From assembly GCF_963921235.1 (NCBI RefSeq), contig NC_086097.1, forward strand, positions 78,122,001-78,186,000: a stretch of 64,000 bases of DNA, read 5' to 3'. Shown in pieces: positions 40,341 through 52,510 of the stretch. This stretch comes from Mobula hypostoma. Its lineage: Eukaryota. Under the pieces are notes generated by a model. The model saw only the letters and a list, made by a program, of their open reading frames with translations. It did not search any database and was not told the origin of the DNA. A program made the position numbers and the translations under genes. Numbering within the stretch: the first letter of the stretch is position 1; every line of letters begins with the position of its first letter.

Positions 40341-41904
40341 CTTGCAGCATCCACAGGGAAGAAGCTGTTACCCACTCTGGCAATCCTAGTCCTGATGCTC
40401 CTGTACCTCCTTCCTGATGCTCCTGTACCTCCTTCCTGACAGTAGTGGATCAAAGAAGTTGTGAGATGGGTGGTGGGGTCGCTCAACAATGCTTTGGGTC
40501 CTTCGTCTGCAAGGCTCCCAGTAAATGTCACGAATGAGGAGGGGGGTAGTGTTGGGTGGAAAGCCAAAGATCCTCTCGGTGGCTTTTACTGTCCACTGTA
40601 GGGTCCTACAGTCCGATGATTTGCAGTTTGTTTACTACACAATGATGCAGACAGACAGGACTCTGTCGATGGTGCTCCTGTAGAACGTTGTTAGAATGGA
40701 GGCAGGGAGCTTTGCACTCCTCAATCTCCTCAGAAAGTGCAAACATTGCTGTGCCTCCTTGACTCAGGAGGTGTTGTGAATCCAGGTTAGATCATCCATT
40801 GTGTGCACACCAAGGAACTTTGTGTTCTTCACTCTCTCCACCACAGAGCCATTGATGTGCAGTGGAGAGTAGTCACACAGCACCTTCCTGAAGTCCACAA
40901 TCATCTCTTTTGTCTTGTCTACGTTGAGACTCAGATTGTTGTTCCCACACCATTTAATAAGCCTCTCTACCTCCTCTCTGTAAACCAACTCATCATTGTT
41001 GCTGATGAGGTCAACCACTGTTGTATTATCAGTGAAAATGATGATGCGGTTTGAGCTGAATCTGGCAGTGCAGACGCAAGCCAGCAGCTTGAACAGCAGC
41101 AAAATGAGCACACAACACCCCGGGGGTGGTGGGGGCGGGGGGAGCGGGGCGGCATTAGTCCTCAGGGTGATGGAGCTTGAGATGTTGCTGCCAACTTGAA
41201 CTGACTGGAGTCTTTCTACCAAGAAGTCCATGATCCAGTTAAAGAGAGGGGTGTTGAGTCCCTAAGAGGCCAGTTTACCCACCAGCCTTTGAGGGCTGAT
41301 CAAGTTAAACACTGAGCTGAAGTTGATGAACAACATCCTGGTGTATGAGGCTTTGTTTTCTAGGCAGGACAGGATGGAGTGGAGGGTCGAAGTTATGGCG
41401 TCATCAGTGGACTGGTTTGAGCAGTAGGAGAACTGAGTCTAATTGGAAGGTGGGATTTTGTACAATCCATTACCAACCACACAAAGCACTTCATAATTTT
41501 TGAAGTCAGTACCACTGGGCAGTGATCATTTCGGCCATTTACCATTGCTCTCTTTGGCACTGATGGTGGCTGCCTTGAAGTTGCAAGTTCAGTGGACTGT
41601 TTCAGAGAGATATTGAAGATGTCCATTAAGACCTCTGTTAGCTGGGCCACACAGTACCTCAGCACCCGACCAGGTATGTTGTCTGGCCCTGCAGCTTTGC
41701 ACAGATTTACCCTGGTTGGGGTCATCCTCACCTCAGCTGCAGCCAGAATGTGCCCATTCCTAAGGAAGAGAGGGGGCTTTCTATTGATGTCACATCAAAT
41801 CATGCATAGAAAGCATTCAGCCTATCAGGAGGGAGGCGTGCAGTCATTGACATGCAGGGTGGACTCGTGATCAGTTATGATTTGCACAACTTACACTTGC
41901 ATTA

Positions 41905-42630
41905 TATGACTAACCATTGTCCCTTGACATTCAGTGGCCTCACCATCACTGAATCCCCTACTATCAACATCCTGGGGGTTACCATTGACAGGAAACTGAA
42001 TTGGTCTCGCCATATAAACACCGTCGCTACCAGAGCAAGTGAAAGGCTACGGATCCTGTGGCTCAGACTCCTGACTTCCCAAAACTTGTCTTCCATCTAC
42101 AAGGCTCAGGTCAGGAGTGTAATGGAATACTCGCTACTCAGCTGGATGAGCGCAGTTCTATCAACACTCAAAAAGCTTGACACCATCCAATACAAGGCAG
42201 CCCAATTGATTGGTACTGCTTCCACAAGCATCCAATCCCTCTACCATTGACGAACATTTGCAGCTCTGTGTACTGTCTACAAGATGCACTGCAACAACAC
42301 ACCAAAGTTTCTAAAGCAGCACCTTCCAGACCCATGACCGCTACCATCTAGAAGGATGAAAACAGCAGATACCTGGGAACACCACCACTCAGAAATCCAC
42401 CTCCAAGTCACTCACCATCCTGACTTGGAGGCATATTACCATTCCTTCACAGTCGCTGGGTCAAAATCATGGAACTCCCTCCCTAACAGCAATGTGAGTG
42501 TACCTACACCTCGGCGACTGCAGCGGTTCAAGAAAAGACCTCATCACCACCTTCTCAAGGGTAACTAGGGATGGGCAAAAAATGCTGGCTTAGCTGGCGA
42601 TGGCCACATCCTGTAAGTGAATAAAATAAC
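41905..42630 (+). mobile_element. CR1-group LINE 3' fragment
   Basis: ORF 41852-42250: ILGVTIDRKLNWSRHI...IYKAQVRSVMEY; WNSLP in 42356-42568; ends gaataaaa. Confidence 0.8.
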
Positions 42631-42884
42631 AAAAATCTCTAGTGTCACAAAAGAGTCTGTGGATTTCCTGTGTAGACTCTCACTTTGCTTTCCTGATGGA
42701 ACAGGGGAGCACGGCTCTTGCAGATGTTAGAGTCATCCTGTCCACCAATCTGAAGACAGCATATCGATCCCTGAGAAGTGCAGGAGATTTGCTGCAGCAG
42801 TGTCGTGTTTCATCACAGTAACATCCTCAGTGCAATTTCCTACGTAGCCAGTCACTGATCCCGCATATTCATCAATGTTGACGT

Positions 42885-44506
42885 TTTTTTGACTAGGAAG
42901 TTTTTTGATTAAATTGATTCTATTATTTTATATTTTATTTGGAATAATAAAAGAGCAAGAATTAGTAAATGTCATTTACAAAAATTGAAAAAGGATGAAG
43001 GTTTTGTTTTGCCTAATTTTAGAATGTATTATTGGGCTGTTAATCTTTGATATATGTCTTTTTGGTTATACTGGGTTGATAAGACTGATCGGCCAATTTA
43101 GGTAGATCTGGAACTAAAAGTTGTAAAACAGTTTTATTTAACTTCGTTATTGGGGGCTCCATTACCTATGCAATTAGGTAAAGTTGTTAATTTAAACTTA
43201 TATCCTGTGATTAAGTATTCTTTACAAATTTGGCTCCAGTTCCGCAATTCTTTTAATCTTACAAAATTTAAACTTTGTAGTCTAATTTACCGAAATTACT
43301 TTTTTAAGCCTTCGTTGAGTGATCCAATTTTTCTACTTTGGAAAAATAAAGGTATTAATTTTTTTTTGGATTTATTTAAAAAAGATAGATTGATGTCCTT
43401 TGAACGATTAACTGATAAATATTCTCTTTCATATTCACACTTTTTGGAATACCTTCAAGTTAGACATTTTTTACAAAAATATTTAAGTAATTTCCCTTAC
43501 ATATTGGAGGCTGACCTGTTAGATACTATTATGAGTATGAATCCTTTGATTAAGGGTTCTATTGGAAGAATTTATAATTTATTATTACAATGGGATAAGC
43601 ATCAGTTGTCTAAGATTAAACAGGATTGGGAAAAGGAATTTAATTTGACTTTTATGACAGAGGATTGGATGTGGATATTGAAGTTGGTTAACTCTTCTTC
43701 AATTTGTGCTAGCCATTCATTGATTCAATTTAAAATTGTACATCATTATAATTTGACAAAGGAGAGACTTTCTAAAATTTTTCCTAATGTTGATAGTCAT
43801 TGTGATAGATGTAAAACTGAGATAGCTACGCTGACACATATGTTTTGGTCTTGTTCTATATTGGAACAGTTCTGGAAGTCGGTTTTCTCGATAATTTCTA
43901 AAGCACTTAAAATTAATTTACAACCTCATAAATTAACTGTGCTTTTTGGAATAGTTCCTCAAAATATTCATGGTATTTCTGTGTCTGAGCAACGTGTTAT
44001 TGCGTTTGTTACATTGATAACTAGGAGGGCCATTTTGTAGAAGTGGAAGGATACATCAACTCCCACTTTGTCACAATGGTTCTCTCAAGTGATGCTATGT
44101 CTTAGTTTGGAGAAAATTAGAAGTCGAACCTTTGAACCTTTATTTGATTTTGAGAAAAGATGGGGCTCATTTGCTCGTTATTATCATTTGAGTTAATTGA
44201 TATAATTTTTCCATGATCTAATTGTAAACTCTTTTAGTATATTTTCTTTTTTTGCTGGCGGTTTGATGTTTATTTTTAGAAGCTTTTTGTATGATGCATG
44301 GCTCCGGGGTTGTACACCTAATGGGTTCTCTTTTTTTTTCTCACTTTCCGGCTTAGTAGGTTTTTTTTGTTATCACAAAATTTTTTTTCAATCTTTAAGG
44401 TGATGAGTTTTTTTTGAGGCATTGTAAGTGTTGTTACTTCGATGTATTCATGTTATTTTTCGTATATATATACAATAAAAAGATTTGAAAAGAAAAAAAA
44501 AGAAAG
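42885..44506 (+). mobile_element. L1 LINE, 5'-truncated, with 11-bp TSD
   Basis: ORF 43150-44040 with L1 C-terminal CCHC (CDRC...LTHMFWSC); AATAAA + A-rich tail; TSD aatgttgacgt at 42874-42884 and 44507-44517. Confidence 0.93.
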
Positions 44507-45977
44507 AATGTTGACGTGATGATATTAGGTAGCCGCCTCCCTGAATGTGCTCCAGTCCATGCTTTTGAAACAGTCCTCCAGCGCTAGCTGGCACCTTCTG
44601 GCCAGGTCCCTAATTGTAACCAACCAACAGTGCCATTGATTGCCGATACATTTCAGAATTGTATTATAAATAACCTCATCAGTTTTGAGCTGGATTTGGC
44701 AATGGAAATGCCTTTGCCTAGCAGGGCTATGGCCCAGATGCTTCACCCTAAGTTTTTATTCTAACTTGTTCTTCAGCAGATTTTGATATAACTGATAATA
44801 TCAGCAATTATTATCAATTCCCTGAACTGAAAGGATATTTATGAGTCAGCAGTTTCCATTGTTCCAGAGTTACATAGAAGTCAAACTGGGAAAATATGGC
44901 AGACCGCCACTGAAGACCGATGGAACAGTACAGTACAGTATGGGCCCTGCAGAGCAGACCCGATGGGCCAAGTGGCCTATTTCTGTTCCTGTGTCTTATG
45001 TCTTACATCTTAAGATGTTGTGCTGATCGATGTAAACCCATTCCATGATCAATCCTACCCATCCATTAGTGAAACAGGATTTACAACAGACTGCTATTTA
45101 CTGTTGGTGAAACTAATCATTTGCTCTAATTCTAGATTTATTTAATTACTTGAGCTTAGATTCTTTGGGTATTACAGTGGAATTTGAGCTCATTCCCTTG
45201 GACTGATGATGCTAGCAAGCAACATAACTACTAAATTATTGTATCCTCAACTTGAATATGTCTAAATGTTCAATGCATATAGGTGCAAGCTGCTTTACTA
45301 TCCAATAAATAGCAAATGTACAATTGTCAGTGAGTGGCCCTAACTCCTCCTCCTTTCTGTAGCTTGATCTTCTGTCTTCTGGAGCATTCTGTATCCAAGA
45401 CCTCTCACACTACAGTTTTGTATTCAAAATCACTTCTACATGAAAGATTGTGGGAGAGAAATTATCAATATCATAACGCATCAATGCAAATAGAAAACTG
45501 CATACCGCGCCTGTCTTCTAGGTGACTGGGAACAATGCAATTTTCAGGCAAGGATTCATTTTAACCTCTAATCTAACCTGTGCAAGAACGTCACTTGTGT
45601 GCACATGGTTCTGTTGACAAATTTGTTCCCAGAGTTTCAATAAAAGACAAAATCACAGAGGGTACATAATGTTTAGAAATAACAAAACCTTAAGTTTAGA
45701 AAGACCAGTCTCAGAGAGGGCAAATAGGAGAACATTTTTTTCAAATTGCTCCAAGTCACCCGCAAAAAGCAAGTACGGGTGCTGAACAATTTATCCTTAG
45801 CCCTTGGACATTGAAGAGGTTACTTTGCCATAAATGTAAAACTGGGATAAAGTGCAAATGTTCCTCTCTGAAAAAATAACTGCTGTTTACAGGGGATCAA
45901 AATGTGAATGCTGTGTTAATGGTTCCAAATGAAAAGGTGTAGATGACCATGAATATGGGGAAAATCCCAAATAAATA

Positions 45978-46850
45978 CAATGGATTCCTCATACTTGGGC
46001 CATCGGTTAATCAGCCAGCCACTTATTTGGGGCAACTCTTAAAGAACAAATCGAGAAAGTAACCAGGATTGCCTTCATTTATTTGGGATACTATTCCACT
46101 TAGTTGGGACAGGAAATGATCATCTACATGCACTTGTCTGACCATTAGACACTACACCGTGCTTAGAGCAAATAGTTGTATCTGTTGTTTGTGCTTATGT
46201 TATGTTATCCATTTGGGCTGATGGACACTGATTCAAGAGGCAATGATTTTTAATAATTATTTTTATATTGACTTATTAAAAAGTTGAGACCCTTGCCGAG
46301 ATGCCATGAAAAGATTTGACACTAGCTGAAAAGAATTACCCTTCTGGACCAGATTAAAAGCTGTCCACCTATCGCCACTCATTGTCAGCTGGCAGAGATA
46401 ACCGCAGTGATGAAATCTACAATTTCACGCTTGATACAGCAACAAGACAAACCAGAAGAAGAATGGGCATTATGTGAGGGAGAACAGGGAACATTCGAAA
46501 AAATGAAAGCGTGAAGGTAAGGATCCAGATGTTAAAGAGGCCCCCGGTCAATGGTTTTACATTGTAACTGGACGAGGTGTGAGTGTCAGTGGAACAATGT
46601 TAAAAAAACGATTCAGAAGATATTAAAGCCACAGATGGTCGGCTGTCTCAATGGAAGTGTAGGCTCCACATTAAGTTTAAGAGAGCACGCAGTGAGAAAG
46701 GTAGTGCTGATGCTGAAAGTGCAGAAACATGGAAATCTACAAAATTCTCCAAATTGCTTCAAAAACTTGTGTAGATGAAACTTACAATGTTGACGATACA
46801 GGCCTCTTTTTTTCATGCCATGCTTGGCGGTTCCCTTTGCTACACAACAC
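45978..46850 (+). mobile_element. Tigger/pogo DNA transposon fragment (left TIR + decayed CENP-B-type transposase N-terminus)
   Basis: TA|caatggattc terminus as in 47921; decayed KSTISRLI, GKDPDV, KATDG, GSADAE, YNVDDTGLFF motifs. Confidence 0.8.
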
Positions 46851-46884
46851 TATAGTATCACTCCGCATACACTTAATATCATTC

Positions 46885-47180
46885 TTACATTTTATTTATT
46901 TACTTACTGGGGTGCAGCCCAAAACAGGCCCTTCCGGCCCTTCAAGCTATGCTGCTAGCAAACCCTGATTTAACTCTAGCCTAATCATGGGTCAATTTAC
47001 AATGACCAATTAATTTAACAACCGGTACATCTTTGAATTGTGGGAGAAAACCAGAGCACCCAGAGGCAACTCATGTGTCCTGGGGAGAATGTACAAATTC
47101 CGTACAGGAAGCAGAGGGAATTGAACCCAGGTGGCCTGTACTGTAAAGCCTTGTGTTATCCACTATGCTATCATGTCACC
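46885..47180 (-). mobile_element. tRNA-derived V-SINE (HE1-like)
   Basis: Minus strand: tagcatagtggataac (A box), gggttcaattccc (B box), tgggtgctctggttttctcccaca (V-domain-like), CR1-like 3' tail. Confidence 0.75.
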
Positions 47181-47920
47181 CTGTTGAGTAATCATCCTAA
47201 CACCACCCATAATTAAAATCATGGAAAGTATATTGTATCCAGTCAATAATGAATACCATGGAATATTTTTTGTTATTATTACCACTGGCTGGAAAATACT
47301 TTAAGATGTGTGGAGAAGTTGTGTAAAATCAGATTTCTGTAGATCCGGTCATTTATAACCCACAGAGCCCTGTATTTCTGGCAGTCAAATGTTTCCTAAG
47401 TCGTGTGACCTACAATAATTCACTCAATATCCTGTGAAGCATGGCTGAATTTCATTTGGGGACTTCTTCAGTCCCTGCCTGTGATCAGTGACCCAAAATG
47501 CAAACATTTTTTGTCACTATTATCCGAACTTTCTAAGAAATACTGACATTGAATGAGAGTTTTGGCTTTGCAGCAATGTAACAAACGTTGCCAAAATGGT
47601 TGGGGAAATAAATGATTTTGAAGTTAATTCTTTCAGTATATACTGCTATCAGGTTGAATGACAATTTGCTCCATTCACTTGGCCCCTTCACCAGTCTTGA
47701 GCAAAATATAATCAGCTTCTCATCTGCTTTAGCTGCTAACTTGTATACACTTCACAAAAGGGGGAATTAACTTATACAGGTGGAAGACTAAAATCCAAAG
47801 TGGGAGTCATTCTGTCCATGATAACCAAGGATCCCACTTTCCAACACTTGGTTTAAAGTGTGACATAAGCTGTTTCTTCGGCTACCTACCAGGTACTTTC
47901 TTAAAGTAGGGGCAAAAATA

Positions 47921-48693
47921 CAATGGATTCTGGTTAACTGGTTAACACATCAGGACCAGTACATTTTGGCCTATTTAAGTGTTTGCCCTAATTACCCGGA
48001 GTTTTATTGAAATAGTTAAAAAGGTATAAAAAAAGTCTAAGTACCATTTAACTGAGGTAACAAATTATGTTTTAAGTAAAGTGAACAAATTAGAAGACTT
48101 TCAATACAACTACAGTGCTATAAAACTGTGTATTAGTTCCTAATAGCTATCAACGGAGTAATTCATTCAGTGCACGCTGCGTGTCCTTTTGGTTATCTGT
48201 AAATGAACAAAATCACTGTAGACACCTACTTCTGATGATTGCATTGTCCAAATCTCTATTTTCATTGTAACGTTCAAGATGATTGTCAATGCCTTCAAAT
48301 TTGTCGTAAACTTGTTGAGGTAGTGAAATTGTTTCATTTTCACTCCCGGCTGTTCCTGGCATCTCCAAGCCAGATCACTTGAAACTGCAGGGAGCAAGAC
48401 AGTTCTGAATTGTCTCACTACTCATTTCTCATCTAGTATCAGTGACAAAAATCACTGCATTTTCAATACAAGCACACAGAATTGATGCTGTGTAAAAACT
48501 GTTCACTCTAAATACAGTGTGGTGTCTAACGCCACACAAGTGCTTGCATCAGATGCTAGTTAGAAACTGTTCAGCAACAATCGCCTGCCTTAATTAAGTG
48601 GTGTAGTGCCACCAATAAACAAAGGGAGTCCTGACTACTTTCTCAATTAATTTTTGTTCTTTAAGAGTTATCCCAAATATGTAGAATCCACTG
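47921..48693 (-). mobile_element. Tigger-derived MITE
   Basis: TA TSDs at 47919-47920 and 48694-48695; TIRs caatggattc / gaatccactg; internal sequence related to 45978-46180. Confidence 0.8.
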
Positions 48694-48824
48694 TATGTTG
48701 CTCTTCTCCAGAGGTGAAAGTGATCTGGCAGAGCTGGTTGCTAAATAGCCAAAGCTGTGTTTATGATATGACCATACTGGTTATCTTCACTGTACATACA
48801 TTGGTCTTTGTGTTATATATTCAT

Positions 48825-49640
48825 ACAACATTGAAGTGGGCCCATTGGCCCGCTGGGTCCATGCTGACAGTTGTCATTCAGCTCATTTACCAGCACTTGA
48901 TCCATGCCTTCCCCGATTTGGTGATTCAAATGCTCCCCCAGATACCTTTTAGATGCTGTGAGAGTACCCGTCAGTGTCACTTTCTTCAGCAGTATACTCC
49001 AGACCACAACTGGAATGAAAAACATTCCTCTGAATAAAGAAAAAAATCCTCCTCAGATCTTTTCTAACCTTCAACCTTTGCCCTCTGGTCTTATACATGC
49101 CCACTATGAAGAAATCTTTCTCACTATCTACTCCATCTATGCCACTCATAATTCTGTATAGCCTTATGATCCATCACTCTACACTCTCGGTTTCCTCTTC
49201 TCCAAAGAAAACAAACCCAACCTGAATAGTCAGTCATTCCTCATAAATGAAATGCCCCAGCACAGTTAGTCTCCTCTGCACCTTCTCCAGTGTGTTCAGA
49301 TCCTTCCTGTAGTGCTGTGACCAGAACTTCACCCAATGCTCTTGCTGGAGCTTAAACAAATTTTTATGACATTGTGCTATGATTTTTCTGCTTTTAGATT
49401 CAATACCCCTTCTGATGAAGACCAGCATTCTCTATGTATTTTTCACCACTTTTCTAGTTGTGCTGCCATCTTCAGGAAACTAGGCTGTTGGGCACCATGA
49501 TCCCTTTCTTCCTCAATATTCCCTAGGGCCCTACCATTCATCTGTCCTAACTTTAATTCCCAAAATTCATCAGCCTGAATTTTCCAGGATTAAATTCATC
49601 TGCCATTACTCCACCCAATTTATCAGCTGATGTAACCTCC
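48825..49640 (-). mobile_element. Degenerate CR1 3' part
   Basis: ORF 49234-49428 (FIRRGIESKS...FWSQHYRKD..LEKVQRR) and ORF 48949-49149. Confidence 0.75.
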
Positions 49641-50430
49641 TCCTTACAAATCAGGCCAGGTTATAAGTTGAACAGTTTCTGAGATAATCTTTCATTTAAT
49701 CATTTGAGTCCCACTAACAGCTACAATTTGCCACCATTAAAATAAAAACAACAAAATCTTACATTATCTACAAAAAACTAGATAATGTTATTAAACGCAC
49801 CTTGGATTTTTCCATGATTACCTGCAAAACTAGGACCAAGTGGAAATATTATTCTGTAACAGCTGCAGCTGTATTCAAAGGAACTTTGCTCAAGACGTAA
49901 GTGTAATAATTCCAAGAAAAAAATGCAGATGGTCGTAGATATGGCAAACAATCACAAATAAATATTTGGGTTTGAAAGTTAAATTGGTTACACGAAGTGC
50001 TTCAGAGCAAACATGATATTCTTTACTATAATAAATGTCTCTAATATTATCACAGGTTTCGTCTGTGGAAACAAAGTCAGAAGATGTGAGCCTCAACTTT
50101 TTCAGCCAGTTGCAGGCTTTTATGACTGTTTTCAAAAAAGGCACGTTCAGCTTCCTCTGAGAGCAGTCTATAGAAGTCAAGCATAACTTTCAGTTAAAAG
50201 AAGTACACAATAGGTGATGATAGTGCATTTGTAAAGCTTGATCAGAGATGAGAATAAATGAAATTGCACATCTTTCACTCAGTATCATGTACTTAAATCT
50301 ACATTCTTAACAAAATATTAGGACTTTCAAAACACTTTCCAATTACATATTTTTCAAGTTTAATCGCTGTTGTAATGGCCCATTTGTCCATGGATGGTTC
50401 TTCGCTCTGTGGTAGTGATGTTTGCTTATA

Positions 50431-50973
50431 CGCTCAATGGCCACTTTATTAGTTACCTCCTGTATCGAATAAAGTGGCCACAGAGTGTATGCTCGTGGTC
50501 TTCTGCTGCTATAGTCCATCCACTTCAATGATGGACACGTGCATTCAGAAATGCTCTTCTGTACACCAACGTCGTACCATGTAGTTATTTGGATTACTCT
50601 TGCCTTGCTGCCAGCTTGAACCAATCTAGCCATCCTCCTCTGACCTCTCTCATTACAACGCATTTTCACCCATAGAACTGCCACTCACAGGATTATTTTT
50701 AATTTTTTACACTATTCTCTGTAGACTCCAGAGATGGTTGTTCGTGAAAATCCCAGGAGATCAGCTGTTTCTGAAATACTCAAACCACCCTCTCTGGCAC
50801 CAACAATCATCCCACTGCCAAACTTACTTGGCCATTCTGATGTTTGGTTTGAACAACAACTGAACCTCTTGACCACGTCTGCACACCTTTGTGCATTGAG
50901 TTGCTGTCACATAATTGTCTGATTAGATATTTGCATTAATAAGCAAGGTATCCAATAAGGTGGCCACTGAATA
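50431..50973 (-). mobile_element. Internally deleted Tc1 transposon
   Basis: TIRs (TA)cgctcaatggccactttatt / aataaggtggccactgaata; ORF 50343-50684 GQRRMARLVQA...KSISE...LKWMDYSSRRP (Tc1 DNA-binding region). Confidence 0.8.
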
Positions 50974-51461
50974 TACTTCCAGAGTTTATAGACCAATGTG
51001 ATATAAAACTGCATGCTCACCTGCTTGTAACACAAGAGAGGAATTATGTTGGTTTACATCATGGCCATGGTAATCCTATGAAAATAGATTACTGTTAAGC
51101 AGAGTCATGCTGACATAATAAATGTACACATTTGTTTAGATTATGAGGACACTCAGTCCTCGTTTATTGTCATTTAGAAATGCATGCATTAAGAAATGAT
51201 ACAATGTTCCTACAGTATGATATCACAGAAACACAGGACAGACCAAGACTAAAACTGACAAAAACCACATAATTATAGCATATAGTTACAACAGTGCAAA
51301 GCAATACCGTAATTTGATAAAGAGCAGACCATGGGCACGGTAAAAAAAAGTCTCAAAGTCCCGATAGCCCCATCATTTCACGCAGACAGTAGAAGGGAGA
51401 AACTCTCCCTGCCATGAACCTCCAGCACCGCAAACTTACCAATGCAGCACCCTGGAAGCAA

Positions 51462-51940
51462 CAATTGTAGGCTGTATCTCGGGTAATGATGAGTTTGAGT
51501 ACAGAGAGGAAATTAAGAACCTGGTGGCATGGTGCAAAGACAATAACTTATCCCTCAACATCAGCAAGATGAAGGAATTGGATGTTGACTTCAGAAGGAG
51601 TAGCGGACCGCACGACCCAACTTACATCGGTGGTGCGCAAGTGCAACAGGTCAAAAGCTTTAAGTTTCTCGGGGTCAATATCACAAATGACCTGACTTGG
51701 TCCAACCAAGCAGAGTTCACTGCCAAGAAGGCCCACCAGCACCTTTACTTCCTGACAAAAGTAAAGAAATATGGCCTGTTCGCTACAACCCTCACTAATT
51801 TTTATAGATGCACCATAGAAAGCATTCTTCTAGGGTGCATCGCAACCTGGTACAGAAGTTGTCCTGTCCAAGACCAAAAGAAGCTGCAGAAGATCGTGAA
51901 CACGGCACAGCACATCACACAAACCAATCTTCCATCCGTG
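51462..51940 (+). mobile_element. Rex1/Babar RT C-terminal fragment
   Basis: ORF 51524-51961: WCKDNNLSLN, FKFLGVNI, KKAHQHLYFL, FYRCTIESIL. Confidence 0.85.
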
Positions 51941-51944
51941 GTTT

Positions 51945-52190
51945 TAAACATCACTATTTAAAAACTGCTCTCAGCATGGTGTAGAGTCTAACGTCTACAC
52001 AACATGCATGCGACTGATGCTAGAGAGAAAAAGTTCAGCAACTGTCCCTAGCCCCAATTACGTGGCGTATTATCCCAAATAAACAAAGTGAATACTGGAT
52101 ATTTTCTCAATTTGTTTCTGTTCTTCAAGAATTGTCCCAAATAAGCGGTTGCCCAGATTAACCAATGGCCCAATTAACTGGAATTCATTA
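51945..52190 (-). mobile_element. Tigger MITE terminal fragment
   Basis: Reverse complement of 45978-46180; ends ccaattaactggaattcatta. Confidence 0.65.
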
Positions 52191-52239
52191 TATTTTTTAA
52201 ATTTTGTTTTAGATTAACTATCTCCATACATCTTCTGAT

Positions 52240-52510
52240 GAAAGACCCTTGTGTGAGGAGAGACAGGATTTCCCTAAAACGTTTTCACTAGAGTTTAGAA
52301 AAGTAGCACAAGATCTCACTGAAATGTACCAAATTTGGCTTGGAATCAATAGACTGGATACAGGGATATACATTTCCGCTGACTGAGTGTGAGGATGAGA
52401 ACTCATGGTCACGGTCCCAGGAATATGGGATAACATATTTAGATCTGACATGTGAGGAAATTCCATCATTGGAAGTATGCTGAAACTGGAATTCACTTCC
52501 ACACAGTGTT
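52240..52510 (+). mobile_element. Old CR1 3' fragment, left half (continues at 61803-61958)
   Basis: Ends tggaattcacttccacacagtgtt (WNSLPHSV); joined to 61803 it reads on in frame RDSYLLNEFKKDIKRCL. Confidence 0.75.

Larger units (their letters stand above)
40345..44630 (-). mobile_element. Rex1/Babar LINE split by two younger insertions
   Basis: ORFs 40295-40567, 40764-41231, 41393-41731 (KAAGPDNIPG) and 44525-44746 (DCFKSMDWSTFREAAT); reading continues HVNIDEYAGSVTGY across the L1 TSD. Confidence 0.85.

Noticed and set aside
45449..45470. gtgggagagaaattatcaa resembling SLC9C1 sequence at ~58270-58290
   Set aside because: Short, opposite strand and without flanking similarity; not the missing SLC9C1 3' part.
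47100..47180. tRNA gene
   Set aside because: A/B-box-like motifs belong to a SINE head; no cloverleaf.
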